A stretch of 64,000 nt of DNA from Lytechinus pictus (lineage: Eukaryota). Shown in pieces: positions 24,469 through 39,315 of this stretch; the stretch's first letter is position 1; the number at the start of each line of letters is the position of its first letter. A program made the translations under genes and the position numbers. Location: contig NC_087247.1 in NCBI RefSeq assembly GCF_037042905.1, forward strand, positions 67,456,001 to 67,520,000. Direction: 5' to 3'. The notes under the pieces are model-generated. The model saw only the letters and a program-made list of their open reading frames with translations. It ran no database searches and was not told the origin of the DNA.

Positions 24469-26414
24469 GTAAGTTACTTTGTCCTCTTCAGGGGCCCATT
24501 GCATGTAGAGTTGCATTCAAATGCAACTTGACTTTCAACCAATAAAATGCGAGTATTAGAGACTTGCGCTTGATTTTAAACACAGCTACTTCCGCAATGG
24601 TCCCCCAGTACTAACAGCTTAAAAACATTGTTTTGTCCTTCATTCAGGTTTTCATTCGCACTATATCACAGATTCACTATTTTAGAAATCCATATTCGTA
24701 GTAAAGAGTTAAATTATTCAAAGAAATTTTTTTTTACCATAAGAAAGGCAGAGATATAGGTGTACCGTCATATAGCTACACTTTTTTTAAATCCCAGAAA
24801 ATTCCTTTTTAGTGTAAGAGTTTTGAAATAAAACACAGATAATAGGTAGTCATTTCTAAAGTAATTAGCTGCATTGCTCTCATTTTATGAATTCATAAGG
24901 ATATCTACAACAGTCTTTCATTTCTTTATAACTTAGGGCTTGTGAATTTAAAACACACAAGGCCACTTTTGAAGGCCATCTATACAGGAACATGACCTAT
25001 AGTATAGTTATGGAGGTATTTTGTACCTCTGTGGTATAGTGGTAAACAAGAACAAGAACTCCCAAAGGATAAGGAAAAGCGTCCCAGGACTATGCAAACA
25101 CTGGTTTCTAAGTGCTGAGCTGGGAATGAACTTGAACAGCGGAAATTAACTTTGTAGACGTTACTTGTGATCTCTTTTACAGATATTCTGCCAGCTCTAC
25201 TGGTTTGGTCTTGACTTGAATATATGTGTTTGTATAGCTAGGTATCGGCTGTATATTTGTCATGCATAAATGGCTTTAGTGAAGTGAATCAAAGAATAGG
25301 CCAAAATGCTGAGGAAGAGTTTGAAAAATTAATGTGTATAGAGTAGAAAGTAGATTAATTTTTGTTGAGTTTTAAATCAGACTTTTGTCCATTTAGAGAT
25401 AAAAAGTTTCACTGGACTATGATTAATGAATGTTGATCTTCTATAGAACTATAATATAAAATTGATTTTTCAGATGAATTTTGATATGGAGCTTATTAAT
25501 ACTAAAACATTTATTTTATTTGAAAATGAAAGACAGGAAAGGAAGTAGGACAAAGGATTTATGGAAGATTGATTATCAACTTATAAGCGTAACCTTGTTT
25601 CCCAACATTTTCTTAATACCAGGCTAATCGTTTGAAAGATCTTGACTAGCTCTTAATACAAGGGATCTATTAATAAAGAAAACTATGAGGGAGGTATTCT
25701 AATATCTTCATCATTTGCCTGGCATGTGTTAGCATGGTGTAAGAAGCACATCAATCCAAGCTTCATCCAAAATACTGTGCAATGGTTCAAAGATGGACTA
25801 GTAGTAAGCAGCTGCCATACTAGTCATTGAAACTGTTCAAGTAGCTGGAAAGCTTGACAATTGATGATGGTATGACTCGCTGCTCACTCCCATCTTGACT
25901 GCTCAAACTAAATATGATATGATGGCTGTATAGCTATTGGAACAGTACAAAAAAAAACTTGATCTGTACTATTACTTCCTAATAGTGATTCATTGACAAG
26001 ACTCAAACGATAACCCACAAAAAATGTATTATCTCTATTAAAAAAAATCTTTATATTAGTTATTGTGTTTAACATTTTTATCACTTTGTTTTGTTCCGAT
26101 TTGTATTCCAATTAAGATTTTTTGAAAGATTTTTTCTTATTGGTTCATCAAGGATGATTGATTTGTTTAGAATATCGTTTATGGCATAGGCCTGAATAAA
26201 ATTATTAGTGTCAGCATATAAATAAAATTTTGAAGAGAATTCAGATTAGGCCGGAGTCATGTCAGAATCTTTTCGTTCCAGAATCTGCTGGTGTTGCGCT
26301 GGTCGGAATCTGGTATCCTGATAAATGAATTCATGAACGGGGAAGTACAAAAAAGTCACAGATTATACAATATTGATTTAATATTTACACAAACATTCAT
26401 TAAAAAAAAATATG

Positions 26415-26594
26415 ATGAGAAGACCGGAAAAACTTGCCGATGTTTACGTGGCCATCTTGTTCTCTTTGTTAGTAGCTAAGCTACGAGATGCATATAGAGT
26501 CTGCCGCCCTCTATATGCATCTTGTAGCTTAGCTACTAACAAAGAGAACAAGATGGCCACGTGAACATCGGCAAATTTTTTCCCCTCTTCTCAT
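26415..26594. repeat. Near-perfect palindrome/hairpin (core stem ~66 bp, 9-nt loop tctgccgcc)
   Basis: ttgccgatgtttacgtggccatcttgttctctttgttagtagctaagctacgagatgcatatagag, then the loop, then the reverse complement. It may lie inside a larger ttaggcc...ggcctaa element (about 26247-26821). Confidence 0.92.
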
Positions 26595-27456
26595 ATCTAT
26601 TATGTGGTCACCTGTCATGTAACAAAGAAACCTAGATTATGATTGGTAAGACTGAATAAAACATAGGCCTTCTCTTTAATTATATTAAGATTAATAAGAT
26701 ATTCAGAAGAAGAAAATGTTAAACGATTTGTTATGTTATTACATTGTTTTATCAGAATACCGGAACCGAAAAAAACAAAACAGGTACCCGCACACATCCG
26801 TCCGTTCCGACCCAGGCCTAATTCACATTTTATTATCTACAGTTTATTCATTTAAAAAAAATGATATATATCTTTGAACTCCTCTGTTTTGTGACCTGAT
26901 TGCTAAATCACATACTTGAAGGAAAAGGAAATCTGGTAGATTTCTGGTATTAATTGGCTATTGCTCTCACAAAATAAGAAAGCATACATGAACAGATGAA
27001 ATACGGAAGTATTCTAGTAGTAATGGACTGTGCAGTCTAGTATAGGAAAGATTATTTGTCTTTCTGTATTGGAAAAGGGGGAGGAGGGTATACTAGAATG
27101 GGGTTACCGGTAATCATTTTACACTAATCTAACCACAACTGCATTTAGGTTCAGTTGCATTGCTACCACAACCACCATCAATCTACAGAAAGTGACAACT
27201 CTTACCACAACCTTGGACAGCCAGAATAGAGATAAAGAACCTTTAAAGAAATATGTTTGGTAAATCATCATTACAGAAAAGCTTCACTGGCCCTACATGT
27301 GCAAAGTGAAGTTTGCCAGACAAAAAAATATGTTCTTTGCAAAATATCAGAAAGTGATTTGGCTTCTGTTTGAATTCTTCCTTCTCGCCAAATTGACTAC
27401 CCATCCATCCGCCCTCTTTCCCTTGATCATCTGTGTTTCTTGTTCCTCTCATTACA

Positions 27457-27917
27457 TAAGGTGGTTTCAAACCGCCTCGATCATAAGAATCCCTGTTAAA
27501 TTACGAGAACTTTTTTAGGCTAAAAAATACCCATTAATTATTCCTGCATTCACACCGCCCCAAATCATACACTTCGGAATAAGTTCCTGAAGTTACGAGC
27601 ATGCGCAGTATGGTCTGAGAAGCAAGCAATGCGCGAGATTCAAAATCACTAGCTCAGCAGCCACCCACGGCGCTCGCGCCCAACTACACGCTGGGCTAAA
27701 AGTTCCAGTAAATTGCTTTCACAATGCCAAAATACCTGCGAAAGTTCTCGTAATTTTGACAAGTACCTACTATTTAGTGGGTATTTTCTTTCGGGGAGAT
27801 TACGCGTAATTTGCTTTCACATTGCAAATATTACCCAATATTTTCTGATCGGGGTAAATTTCCCAGTCAGAAAATACCTTGAACTGACGAACTTCGAGGC
27901 GGCCTGAAACCACCTTA
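27457..27917. mobile_element. PIF/Harbinger-like MITE
   Basis: TIRs taaggtggtttcaaaccgcctcga / tcgaggcggcctgaaaccacctta. Confidence 0.8.
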
Positions 27918-30900
27918 TTCATTCTCATGTGTAGACTCTATCTATCTAATTTTTAGGTCTATAGCATTAACTTGAAATTAGCATTGAAAAGGGGGTTATT
28001 TTAAGCACATTTTAAAAATAACTTATCTATATTTTCAGTCATCTTTTGAAAATTTAAATCTTTTGATTTTAGAATTTTACCTCCATAACATGCAAAACAA
28101 AGAGGAATGGACCAAATACAAAGTTCAATCCCTCATCTATAAACACCCTGTTTTTACAAATTAAAGAGTTTAAAGTCAGGCTTATTGAGTAACAAAATTC
28201 AGAGGAAACTCTTCTGACAAGCATTAATATGATTCAAAGATTGAAGAACTGTTTGTTCTGTGGACAGAGTGATAATTTAGAAGTTGTATAATATTTTTTT
28301 TCAAACAGTTTTAGACCTTATTCAACTCAGTTACAAAAAAAAATCTTCATAGGAAATTGGAAAAAATTGGTTTTCTAAAGAACCATGTTGTGTTTTTATC
28401 AATGTTTAGAAAAGTTGTTGCTCCACTTGAATCACAAAATTGAAAACAAACTTTTTTCCACACCCCCTTCTCAGTGCCGTTTGATGCCACAATGCTTCAC
28501 TCACATACATAACTCATATAATACCAACACTTCCAAATAAATTTCCACCCAAATTCATAAATGTCAGCAGAGATTATGAATTGGATTTGAAAGGTAGGAG
28601 TTGGCAGAGATCGGAGAAGGAGAAATGTAGAGAATAGTGGGATTAGTTAGATTATTGTAGAAATAGGAAGACATAAATAATATAGCAACAGTTGTGTGCG
28701 TGTTACGTCTAGAGAGAATTGATTGTCTGGTTTTACTTCTTGAATATTGCGTGCCGAATGGTTGTATTCCCCATGACGTGCTTGTATCGTCTGCCCCCAT
28801 CTCCACCCCACGTTACCCCCCCCCCTGACAATTGTATTCTACTTGTGACCTAAAATGAGTTAGATTTCATTTCTATTGTTTCAATCTCTCTTTTATGAGC
28901 TGACAATTTATACAATCTTTGTATCTTTCAAGATCATGAAGGAACAGAAAAAGAAGCAAAAAATAACAGACTAATTACACCTTTTTTGCCGTCAAAATTA
29001 TATTTTAGAAAATAGATTAATCAAATTGAATCCTTATAGTGAATCAATTGATACAGGAAAAGAGAACTTTTTTTTTCATGAGAGAAATAATCTTTTCCAA
29101 GATCATAATGCCGAATTCATTGTAGAGAAATTATAGCAGCCAAATTTGCCTCTGACAAAATGAGAGGCGTACCTACAAATTGGAAGTTTCTTTTTTTGTT
29201 TGTTAAGTTTTACCATACATAGTGAATGAAGCAGCCTGGCAGAGTCCAGCAGGCTGATTATATGTGTGGGCCAGAGCGATGGCCTGTCTGCAACACACTG
29301 GGAGCTATGCCATATTGGTATACTAGTAAGCTATTGAGACATGAATTTTCTATTGTAAATAATATATATCTTGATATATGTTTGACCACTTAGTCTGTAA
29401 AGTTCAGGAAATTCCTGTCTGACCCAAAGGTTTGCGATTATGATTACAAAGTAGGTTAGGATTTAAAATTTAATCCTAGACAAAGTTATTAATTAATTGC
29501 CTTTCATTGAACATGTTTTTGTGTCTCTTTTGAAAGTGAGCTAGGTTTATGAAGGCCTACATTTTTCTTACCACGTTTGTTGATTGGTTGGTAGTTAGAT
29601 CTCCGAAGGCTGTCGTCATCCATACCTCACCTTGGGTTCTCAATCCATGTGCATTTATATGTCTGTCATCATATCACTACAGCTTGACAAATTTTGCTTA
29701 TCTCACCATTATAATTCCACTCTGTTATTCCCTCTGTTCTTTTTGTTTTACCTCCCGTTCTACCTTCTTATTATTCCTGTTTTGTCAGGCTTTCTTGTTG
29801 ATTTTTTTGCTGTCCTCTGCTTATCACAACCAAAATAAATTAACGAAGGAAGGGGCACAACTAGACTAGGCACAACCATAGTAGGTGAATTTAGTGAATA
29901 TCAAGTGTTCGTCATCTTTCATTTCCACCAAAATGCTTGATGGACTTGATTTTAGTTTTTTCTTTCCTTTTATTTGTTTTGAAATGAGTTAACTTATGAA
30001 CTCCACTTTTTATCTCATCCAAGCTAGCTTTATGGACTAGAATAGTGGACATGTTAGTCTAGGTTTCATTTTAGAATTTATTTTGGTCTCATAAGGTTTG
30101 TAGTTTGAAACTATTGACATGTTTCCTTTGGTCTTCAAATGATGAGCAATTTGCGTGTTTAGAAATGACACACGAGGTCATCATTCTCATCAGCACTAGA
30201 GGAGGTACTACAGACAAAGCAAAACAATCTTTTACTTTCACTTGGAATACTGGCCAAATCAGGTCAAATCTTACAGGCTATTTCTTACTCAGAATGAAGG
30301 CGAACCTATATCTAGAAATAAGTAAAACAAAATGAAACAAATCTATTAAACATTAAAATGTATGTAAACAATCAGTATTGCAATTAAGAAAGACTTGAAT
30401 AACAAAGCACATGTAGTGAAATAGAATTATAGTGATGATAATCATTCCTATCCTTATTTATATGCACATGGTGAATCTAGCTATATTATTGTCCATTCTT
30501 AATTTGATAAATACTAATTATTAGGTGTTTTATACAAGATTTTTTGGTCAGGAATTTATGTGCCAACTCAACTTGCAATCATCTCAAAAGATGAATATAG
30601 GTATTACTAGAATTACTTTAATATGGAAAGCATTAAGAGAGTAAAAGAATAGCCAATTCATAGTGTGAAGTCACATTAAGATGATAGATACACTGGAAAA
30701 TGTGCACTGCACACTTTCAACATCATGTGATTGAATTTGTAATTGCCTCTGGATTATTCCCAGCTCAGATAATAAGTAAAGGGTTATTCTAGAGTTTGTC
30801 AAAAGTGTCACTAAATTTCTTATTTGTATTATGTTATTGCAAATTAAACTAACAACAGTTGATATAATCCTTTTAGTATCTTGATGTTTGATACAGTTTT

Positions 30901-31328
30901 GACAATATTGTTGATAAGATTTCTTGTAAGATCATGACCATGACCTTGTCTTCCTTCCACCATGCCTGTTACACAGGGTAAGAGAGAGGAAGAAGAGGCG
31001 CCATCAAACTCCTGTATTACAATATTATCTTCTCTCTCACTTTCAAAATAGTCTAATTTGTCTCCGTTCAATAACCCTCATGACCCTACAATGTCAACAG
31101 ACATTACAGTATGTTTCCAATCTTGGACTTGACTTTAATTTGTTCTTCCTTTTCTTTATATACATCTTTATAGATATTTATTTTCTATGATGAATGAAGA
31201 TAACAATATGTTGTGATTACAATATGAAATATGATTTGATTCTGATGTATTTGGTATTTTGGACATGACTCTTCTTTATAATTTGTAATGTTCATAATGA
31301 TATATATTTATATATATATTTTTTACAG

Positions 31329-31404
31329 CCTGGCGGTGCACAGTCATTATCAGAGAGGGGGAGTATGTTATCACAAGATATCAATCCTGGTCAACCTTAT
31401 GGAG
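31329..31404 (+). CDS. TCF12: E-protein exon PGGAQSLSERGSMLSQDINPGQPYG
   Basis: ttttacag| acceptor and G|gtaaac donor, 76 nt, phase 0-1. Needed to bridge the phases of the flanking exons. Confidence 0.85.
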
Positions 31405-34400
31405 GTAAACTTTGCTTTAAATCATCTGAATTTTGTTTGCTAATTGTATTTTTAAAACTATTAGTTGTTCACTTGTTTGAAAGTTTAGTTTAAGCATGGG
31501 AAGGACACAGATAAATGGATTTAAGTAATTATTTTGTAAATTTAGCTAAAATGAGATATGTTAGATTTGTTTCTCAAAGTGAACAGTATGGCATTTTTAT
31601 ATTACCCCTTTGTATGTTTGATTTGTTGTTCATTTTCCTTTGGTCACCTTCTTCTCATTTGATTTCAAATTTGTCCAGCTCGAAATATTATTACCCAAGA
31701 AATGTGGAAAAGCTCCTCCAAGTTTGGTAGTGTTAGATCCACTGTGAATAGGGTCTTAGATCTGTGGTATTTTCATCCATGGATTTATGGCTTCTTGCAA
31801 TTTTTTATCATTCACACATGGCAATCTTTGCCTGATATGGCTTAATTTTCACCTCTCAACAATATTCTTACCCCTGTTAGAGTTAAAGGATGAGGGATTT
31901 CTGTATAGCTTTGAATCAAGATGTAATTATGAATATGAAAGAACTTGGTGAAAATAAAAAATGTGAGTTGTCCGAGAGTGTAACCATGATGAGTGTGTAT
32001 TAAAGGAGTGTGTAACCACACATGAAGTCAGAGTCTGTGTTTTGAGAGGGTATGTTTATTTTCACTGTGCTTGAATCAGATTCTCATCTCTTGCTGAGAG
32101 ACATCATCATCTTCACCTCAAGCCCCAATCACATATCACTTTTAATCACCTTTTATTCTATTCACATATCATTCTTATTCTGTATCTTTACCAAACTCAT
32201 TTTAGTCTCCATGTTCATCTCAAGCACCCCAATTCACATTTTTTTCTTTCTTCCCCCTTTTTTGTCATTAAACCTTCATAATTTCATCTGTTCGTTTATA
32301 TTTAAAACCATCAATCTCACACATTATATCCACTGTTAATGTTTAGGGCTATATGCTCTCAACTATTAATGTTCATACTTAATAGGCCTAAATGGGCATA
32401 AGAATATTCTAACCAGGCGTTTGGGGTTTTAAATAAATCCCATAGAAGTAACACATTGTATTAATCACATCAGGCCTAAGTATTTCATATTCACATTTTT
32501 GTTTTGTTTTCACATCAAATTGTCCAATGCTGCCATTGTACATTTCAGTGTGCTTTGACAGTCATGTAACAAGATTAAGATGTGGGCTGCTTATTCAAAA
32601 TTACCATGTCAATAACTCAAAATGTTTATTAGAAAAGGGTTTTATAGATCATCAAATAAATAAGGACTGTGCCCAAATTTTAAATTTTATTTATATCTAT
32701 AGTCATTTAGGCAGGTGTATAAAGAAAAAGAGGGCAATGATGATGTAGGCCTACTTGCAGGATGGGACTCTGGGTTTTACTTTATTTTTATATTTTTACA
32801 AAATGGGTAAAATGAAATATAACCATAAGGCCTATAATTCTAGTTGAACATTTCACACCTACAGTAAACATGAGAATATGATAAGGTATATCCTTGACTC
32901 TCAATATAACTTGCAAAATACCTGTTGATGGTATAATGAAGGGGGTGGGGTTGTGGCTAGGTGTCAATTGAGTCGTTGATTCATTTATCATGTGTCATGG
33001 CTAAACTATTGATGCTTATAGAATGAATCCATTTTGATGGTCTCTCTGCTGGAGGATACAATAATTAATTTTGAACTACTTGGCTCTGGGATGGAAGACA
33101 GTAGATGGGGGAGGGGTAATAATACACCCCATTTGTAAGAGCTTTACCTCCTTGCGAAGGTATCTCAAGGGCCAGCAGCCGACAAGAGTATAGCGTTCAA
33201 TCCTTTATCTCCCTCCAACGGCTGACTTCAATTTACACCCAAGGTTGGAAAGCACTCCCTTCTAGCTTCAAGATGACTGAATGTTCTTTGTCTATTGTTT
33301 GAATGAAAGCAATTGCATTACATACCTGTGCTCTAATAAGAACCAGCTATGGTACATTCATGTTCCAAATAGAACTAGCAATTAGAAATTTGATGTAGAC
33401 ATTTCATAAACATAACAATTATCTCCCATCATGTTATGGTCAATGCATATTGATTGTCAGAAATAATTCTGAAATCATTGGTTGGAATTATCCTACACTG
33501 TTTTGTATAGATGTTGAAAAATTAGGATGAGTTTACAAATCTTCGCTGTACATGTATCCAGGCTTTAATGATTATTTTTGTCTTATTGTACATTTAAAAA
33601 ATCTTTGTCTCCTGTTCTTGCGTATGCCCATCATTCCCCCTTCCTTGAAGAAAGTTGAGAATTTGTAAAGAAGAAGATTTCCATCTGGTGACAGACATGA
33701 ATTGCTTCATCCTATCCCAAGTCTAGTAGCTAGGCATATTCCCTTTACATTAAGAAACCCCTTTCAAACTGGTTCCAGATTTGTTGTGTTGTTTGCTGAT
33801 GTCTTCCAAAGCCCTAAAGCATGTGGCTTTTGACAAATTGATCAGGCATGGGTTCAGCTGTCTTACTGACAAACTTTGGGATGGATGGGACTAAAGCTGT
33901 CATAAATAGGCAACCCATGTCACTAATTTGAAATGAAATTGCAAGCTCCTTTTTACTCAAGAAAGAAGTATGCAAATACTTAGCTGATACTTGACATTGG
34001 TTACTAGTAGGCATGTGTGTTATAAATAGTTCAGTCTTTATATATTTGTTCAGTGTTGGTTACAAATGATTTAAGTTAGAGTGAAATATTGCTTCTTCGC
34101 AGTGGGATTAGACTTAATGAAGTCACAGTTTGATTGCAAACTCTCTAATTGATTTCACCTGTCTGGTTAAAATAGCCCATATGTATTGATTTATCTGACA
34201 CTTTTCATGCCTAAATTCATAATCTTTGCATGATCTGTTCATGGATAGACAGTTACCATGGTTACTGGTCAGAGACAAACATGACTAATTAATCAGAAAA
34301 TCAAGAGCTTAATGTCAAAACTATTAGTAGAACCTTTGGGGGTTCCAGATATTCTGCAAGTCACTACATCAGGGACTAGAATGCACTTAAAAGTGAAAAG

Positions 34401-35281
34401 GGGTTTCTGCAAATGAAAATGAAGGAAGCATAGGGATGATTTTTTTTAGCATGAACAGATGAGATGAGTATTAATAATGAAGATTACTTGTACTTATTAC
34501 AACCATTTTATTGATGATGAATCATATAGATGGTACATATATTTACTCATCTTTATGGTATCAGCTAAATATCAAGATTGCTTCTCATAATTACAGTCTT
34601 TGCTATGGGAATAATGTTAATTTATACAAATCAACTTCAGTAAGATTTGAACATATTCAACTTGTCTGATGTAAAATATACAATACACAAATGATAGAGG
34701 ACCTCAAAATTTATGTCAAAGAAATGCTGATTTGTGTTTGAATTCACAAATATTCCTATATTTTTATTTGAATGCTCACCAATTCTATTTTGTCTTTCAT
34801 TTATTACCATTAAGCAATTCAATATTAAGATGATTTCCCTTTCATATGATAACATTGTTGAATTGACCAGTAGAACATTTAAGAAAGTTTCATCTAAAAT
34901 AATATCAATGAATAATTTTTTTTCATATTTCAATTATCAAATATGTTTTGGTGTGAGGAATGGATGCCAATTTATATTAAAGAGGTCATGACCAGAGGCC
35001 GATCAACCATGTTCTCCTTTCTACTTCTTCTTGTTTTCCTTTCATATCTGTGCTTGAAAGGGATAGAGGAAAGTAGAGAGTAAGAAAAAAGATTATACAC
35101 AGCTGGAGTCAAAGCAAAAAGTCTAGCAACCTGCTGAGAAAGCCTAGCTAATTTGAGCTAATTTTCCCTACAAGATGTACATCTAGGAAGACAACAAAAT
35201 GCCTATTTTTTATGAAGATGACTCATGAATTCGGCACAATTACCCCCCCCCCCCCCCCATCTTGGATTAAAAAAAAATCTA

Positions 35282-36345
35282 CCGTAAGTAACGGTCTATT
35301 AACCGCACCTTTTTCTCGGCGGGATAGAAGCAAAAGTCGGGGGTGCGGTTTATCCACGGTGACGGGTCTGAGCCAGCCCGTCGTAACCCCTCCGAACATG
35401 TAAGACGTCTGCCAGTTCACAACACATCGAGTGGCCGGGCGTAGCCGCCCAGGGCAATGTCGTTTAGAGGGGTATGAGCCGCGGGTAATGAGAAGCGATT
35501 ATTACGATCTTATCAAATATTGTCCTTAACAAATGCACCCACCTTCATGACACTAATTTCGACTTTATTCTCGGTTCAAAGCAGCGAAGTTCCCTGGCTA
35601 AGTTCAAAGAGCAGCCAAAGCATACTCAGTAATATTTTGTCACAGCTGAGCGAGCGCGAGAGTTGAGTTAGCTGAGCTAGCTTGCGTTGTATTGTGGTAA
35701 TGGTTATAGTGCGACTTAAGCTGGCGCTATTCATTTTAACCCTCGATTCCCTCCAATGTCCCGTTTCGCGCCAGCTTATTTTTTCTTTCCCGTTTGCTTT
35801 TCATAAGATACCATGTACACCACGCAACGAGAGAGACGGCACGAAGCCGTCAAAACAACTGTAAAAAAAATCAAATTTCTTTGTTTCTTGAACCTTCCTG
35901 TAATCCCGTATCCAAAATTCATGCTAAGACATCGAATGCTAGACAAATACTGAAAGTGATCATGATGCAAGAAATGTGAATGTTTCTTCCTCCTACGGCG
36001 GGAAAGACACAGATCATTATTTTGATAAGATGTACTGGTACCGTATCGTAGTTTCCAATGTACAAGAACGGCAGTGCTGTGTGTGTACACTGTGACTGTG
36101 AGGTGAGTGAGCGTGTAAGTGGCCAATATTGTCGGGACCTTTCTTTCTTGCAAACATTTGTAGATGAATTGATCAAGAACAGCAGATTTCTGCATACCGG
36201 TAATCTCTTTGGATACTTTGAAATCTTTGACTTAGTTTTTGTTTCTTCGTACCTCAAATATAATGTGAGGATTTTTTTTTTTTTTTAGTCCAAAGTTGGG
36301 GGTACGGTTAATCCACGGGTGCGGTTTATAGTCTGTTACTTACGG
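35282..36345. mobile_element. pogo/Tc1-mariner-like non-autonomous element (~1.06 kb)
   Basis: TA|ccgtaagtaacggtctattaaccgcacc ... ggtgcggtttatagtctgttacttacgg|TA. CpG-rich interior with no transposase ORF recognised. Confidence 0.85.
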
Positions 36346-38597
36346 TAATCAATTGCAATGCAGATACTTTGATTTTGTTGTTTTGTGTCATGATCATCAA
36401 ATGAGGAAAAGAGGTCAAGTGCAGGAAAGCTGACTCATATGCAGCATTATAGGCCTATTTATGTAATTTCTAAAACCCTATATTTCCTATATATTCAATA
36501 TGCCTATCTACTAATGTATAGGTTTAATCAGTTTATTTGACATTGACCTTTGACTTTCACACTATACAATAATGAAGTAAGAAGTTTACCCCCCCCCCCC
36601 AAACAAAAAAAGAACAAGAACTACACCCCCTAGAAGTTGGTATGACCTGAACTTTATTTGCGCCGTAAAATTGAAGCCTTCCCCTACACAGATGAAAACC
36701 AGGTGCTACTTCTCACTCAAATCTCCCTGGCATTTCTAGAAACATTTCTTTAATATCAGAACAGGGATATGTTTGTGAATTTATGCAATATGCCAGAATA
36801 GATGTGTGCTTTTCCACCATTTTTTCTCCCCTGTGTTACCTCAACTTCAGTCAAGTCAGAAAACATGTTTTCCACCAAAGTCCAAATAAGCCATGGATTT
36901 TTCCCTTTCATCTGAGCACAAAGTACTTTCAGATGATGTAGATGAAGTTTACAGTATCTGTATAGTGACATCTTGTAAGAAAAATGGATAAGGGAGGGGC
37001 ATAAGAATAAGACGTGTGTATGCCTACTATCCCCATACAATTATTAGTTTGGAGAATCAGAGATGAAATAGAGTATGGAAAGGGGAGGGAGGGCTTCAAG
37101 GGGAAATATAGAATGCAAGATGGTGAATTAAGAGGTGGGAAGTAGGTTTAAAAAGATTCTTGATGAAAAAGAATGAAAATTAGTATCAGAAAAGTGTCAT
37201 TTTCTTTACCAATTATCTTTTTTTTAACTCTCATAACCCTTAGGCCCCTATAGTTTATGAATTTGATAATGATGAAAAAGGCTCTTGTATTTAGCTATTT
37301 TTTTTAAAATTTTGTAATGGATTCTTATTTACAAAGTGACAATATTTATATCTCACCCATGACTATGATTATTGTTTAATGCCATTTTTCAACCCTGTAT
37401 AGAAAATGTTGATAATTCTTTGTACCTCCTAATGGAAAATTGATGCATGATTGTCAAATATACCTTACGGGCATTTGAATAAAGAAGGATTCCAGACTGT
37501 CATTTGAAAAGGAAACTCATATTAATAAGAATGATTTACTAGACCCCTTTGTAGATTTGATTGGTATTTGATGAGGATGTAGGTCTTATACAGCATAACA
37601 TAAAGATGGAGAGTAGTGTGCTTGTAAACTTTCTCAATTATTTATTTGTCTCCAATATTTATTCTTGAAATGATAGTAAATTTCACATGAATATGATGTA
37701 GAACTAGTCTGGAATAGCATGCTTCAGAGTACTGGAGTTAAAGTGAATTTGAACTGCTTGTAAGTCTAATTTAATATACCACCAGGGGGTGCAACTTGGA
37801 AGGGTAGACAGTGGAAAAGGTTTTGGCAGTCTTGTTTGGAATTGGTATGACAACTGTGTTTTGAAGAGTTCCAGTATAGGCAGTAGTTCTCAGGATCTCA
37901 CAGTCACATTTGTCTAGTGTGTCTGTGGGTATACTGGTAGTAGGAGATAGATCCCATTACAGTGTAGAGTCCTAGCGTTATTTGAGAGGCATTTTTGAAT
38001 AATGATAATTCCTCATACCTTTTAAGAAATGCAGGGCAAACAATATCAAAGAGCTAGATTTTTTTTCTCATTTAATAAATTACTTAGTTTATAAATTTAT
38101 GTTTTCCCAAAGATAGCATACATTTCTGTTTTACATGATCAATTTTGTTTTAAAGAAACCTCTGACAGTACTATATATATATATTTGTCCTTTTTAAACA
38201 CTTTATTAGACATTTTGGAAGAGTCTATATATATATATATATAACGCCCTTGCTTTCTGCTTTTTATTATACATATGAACTTTCAAAAGTAAGCTGAATA
38301 GACAGTTGATCAACTTTGTTTCCTATTATATTTCCATACTGATTTTGTTTTGAAGGGATGATAAGTGTGGTGAATTGTCTTCTCTTTGCCCTCTATATGC
38401 CACTGTTATGCTTCTAACCCTTCTGTACCTCTCACTCATAGTCAATTGGTGTTAATAAGTCTTGGCATGTTATGGGCATGGGGGTAAGTCATGCCCTCTT
38501 TCTCATGATAAGAGTCACAAGAGTTTAGAAGTCTAGGGAATTTATGTTTAAATTATGTGAACAGTAATCTATAAAGAGAAGGGAAAGATAAAATGAA

Positions 38598-38645
38598 GGA
38601 AAAAAAGAAAGAAAGAAAGATAGAAGAGAGAGAGAGAGAGAGAGA
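38598..38645. repeat. Purine-rich (GAAA)n/(GA)n simple repeat
   Basis: gaaagaaagaaaga followed by about 10 GA units. Confidence 0.8.
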
Positions 38646-38915
38646 CTAAAAAAAGTAGGGAGATGGACAAACAGAGAGGGAGAGATTCAAGAGATATGGG
38701 AGTATGTTAGGTAATAAACTAAAATGACATTCTCAATAACACTCTCAATGAGTTGAATGAGGTATTTGAATTCAAAGAGGAAGTTTTTGGCCGCCTCGGC
38801 CTCCGGAATGGAAAAGGTCCTTAGAAAGTTTGTCAATCACTGGCACATCACAAGAAAGATGGGAATTTTAAGATGGTTCGGTAGCTCAAAGACTCAACAA
38901 ATCAACTATATATGT

Positions 38916-39315
38916 TACCCCTTTCATAAACCCAATAAAACCTATCCTCCAATTAGCCGCCTAAGAGTAATGCGGATAATTCAATAAAAATTGCGTTCAC
39001 AAACTCCGAAAATTATCCGCATTATTTTTACGAGCGCCCGTCCTGAAAAAGGCGGATAATCGTCATGACAACTGGACACGCCCCCTCCGATGCGGTTGTG
39101 TTGGAAAAGGGTGACCTTGTGACCGCACCATGGCAATTATCCGCATTATTTGGAAATACGTTCATAAACTCAAAATCTTGTCCCGATGCTGCTATTATGC
39201 GGATAATAGCAGCATCAGAATAATGCGGATAACTCTTGTCCTCCTCTGATTTTACGACCAAATTATGCTGCTATTAGCCGCATAATTGGGTTTTATTGGG
39301 TTTATGAAAGGGGTA
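38916..39315. mobile_element. PIF/Harbinger-like MITE
   Basis: TGT|tacccctttcataaacccaataaaac ... gttttattgggtttatgaaaggggta|TGT, with internal gcggataa/ttatccgc repeats. Confidence 0.87.

Noticed and set aside
30977-31051. Possible exon GKREEEEAPSNSC... after an acceptor-like acacag
   Set aside because: It reaches a stop with no convincing in-phase donor or homology; at most a poison exon, and unsupported.
35682-36288. Cluster of overlapping ORFs as a transposase remnant
   Set aside because: No HTH or DDE/D motif recognisable in any frame; they lie within a non-autonomous element.
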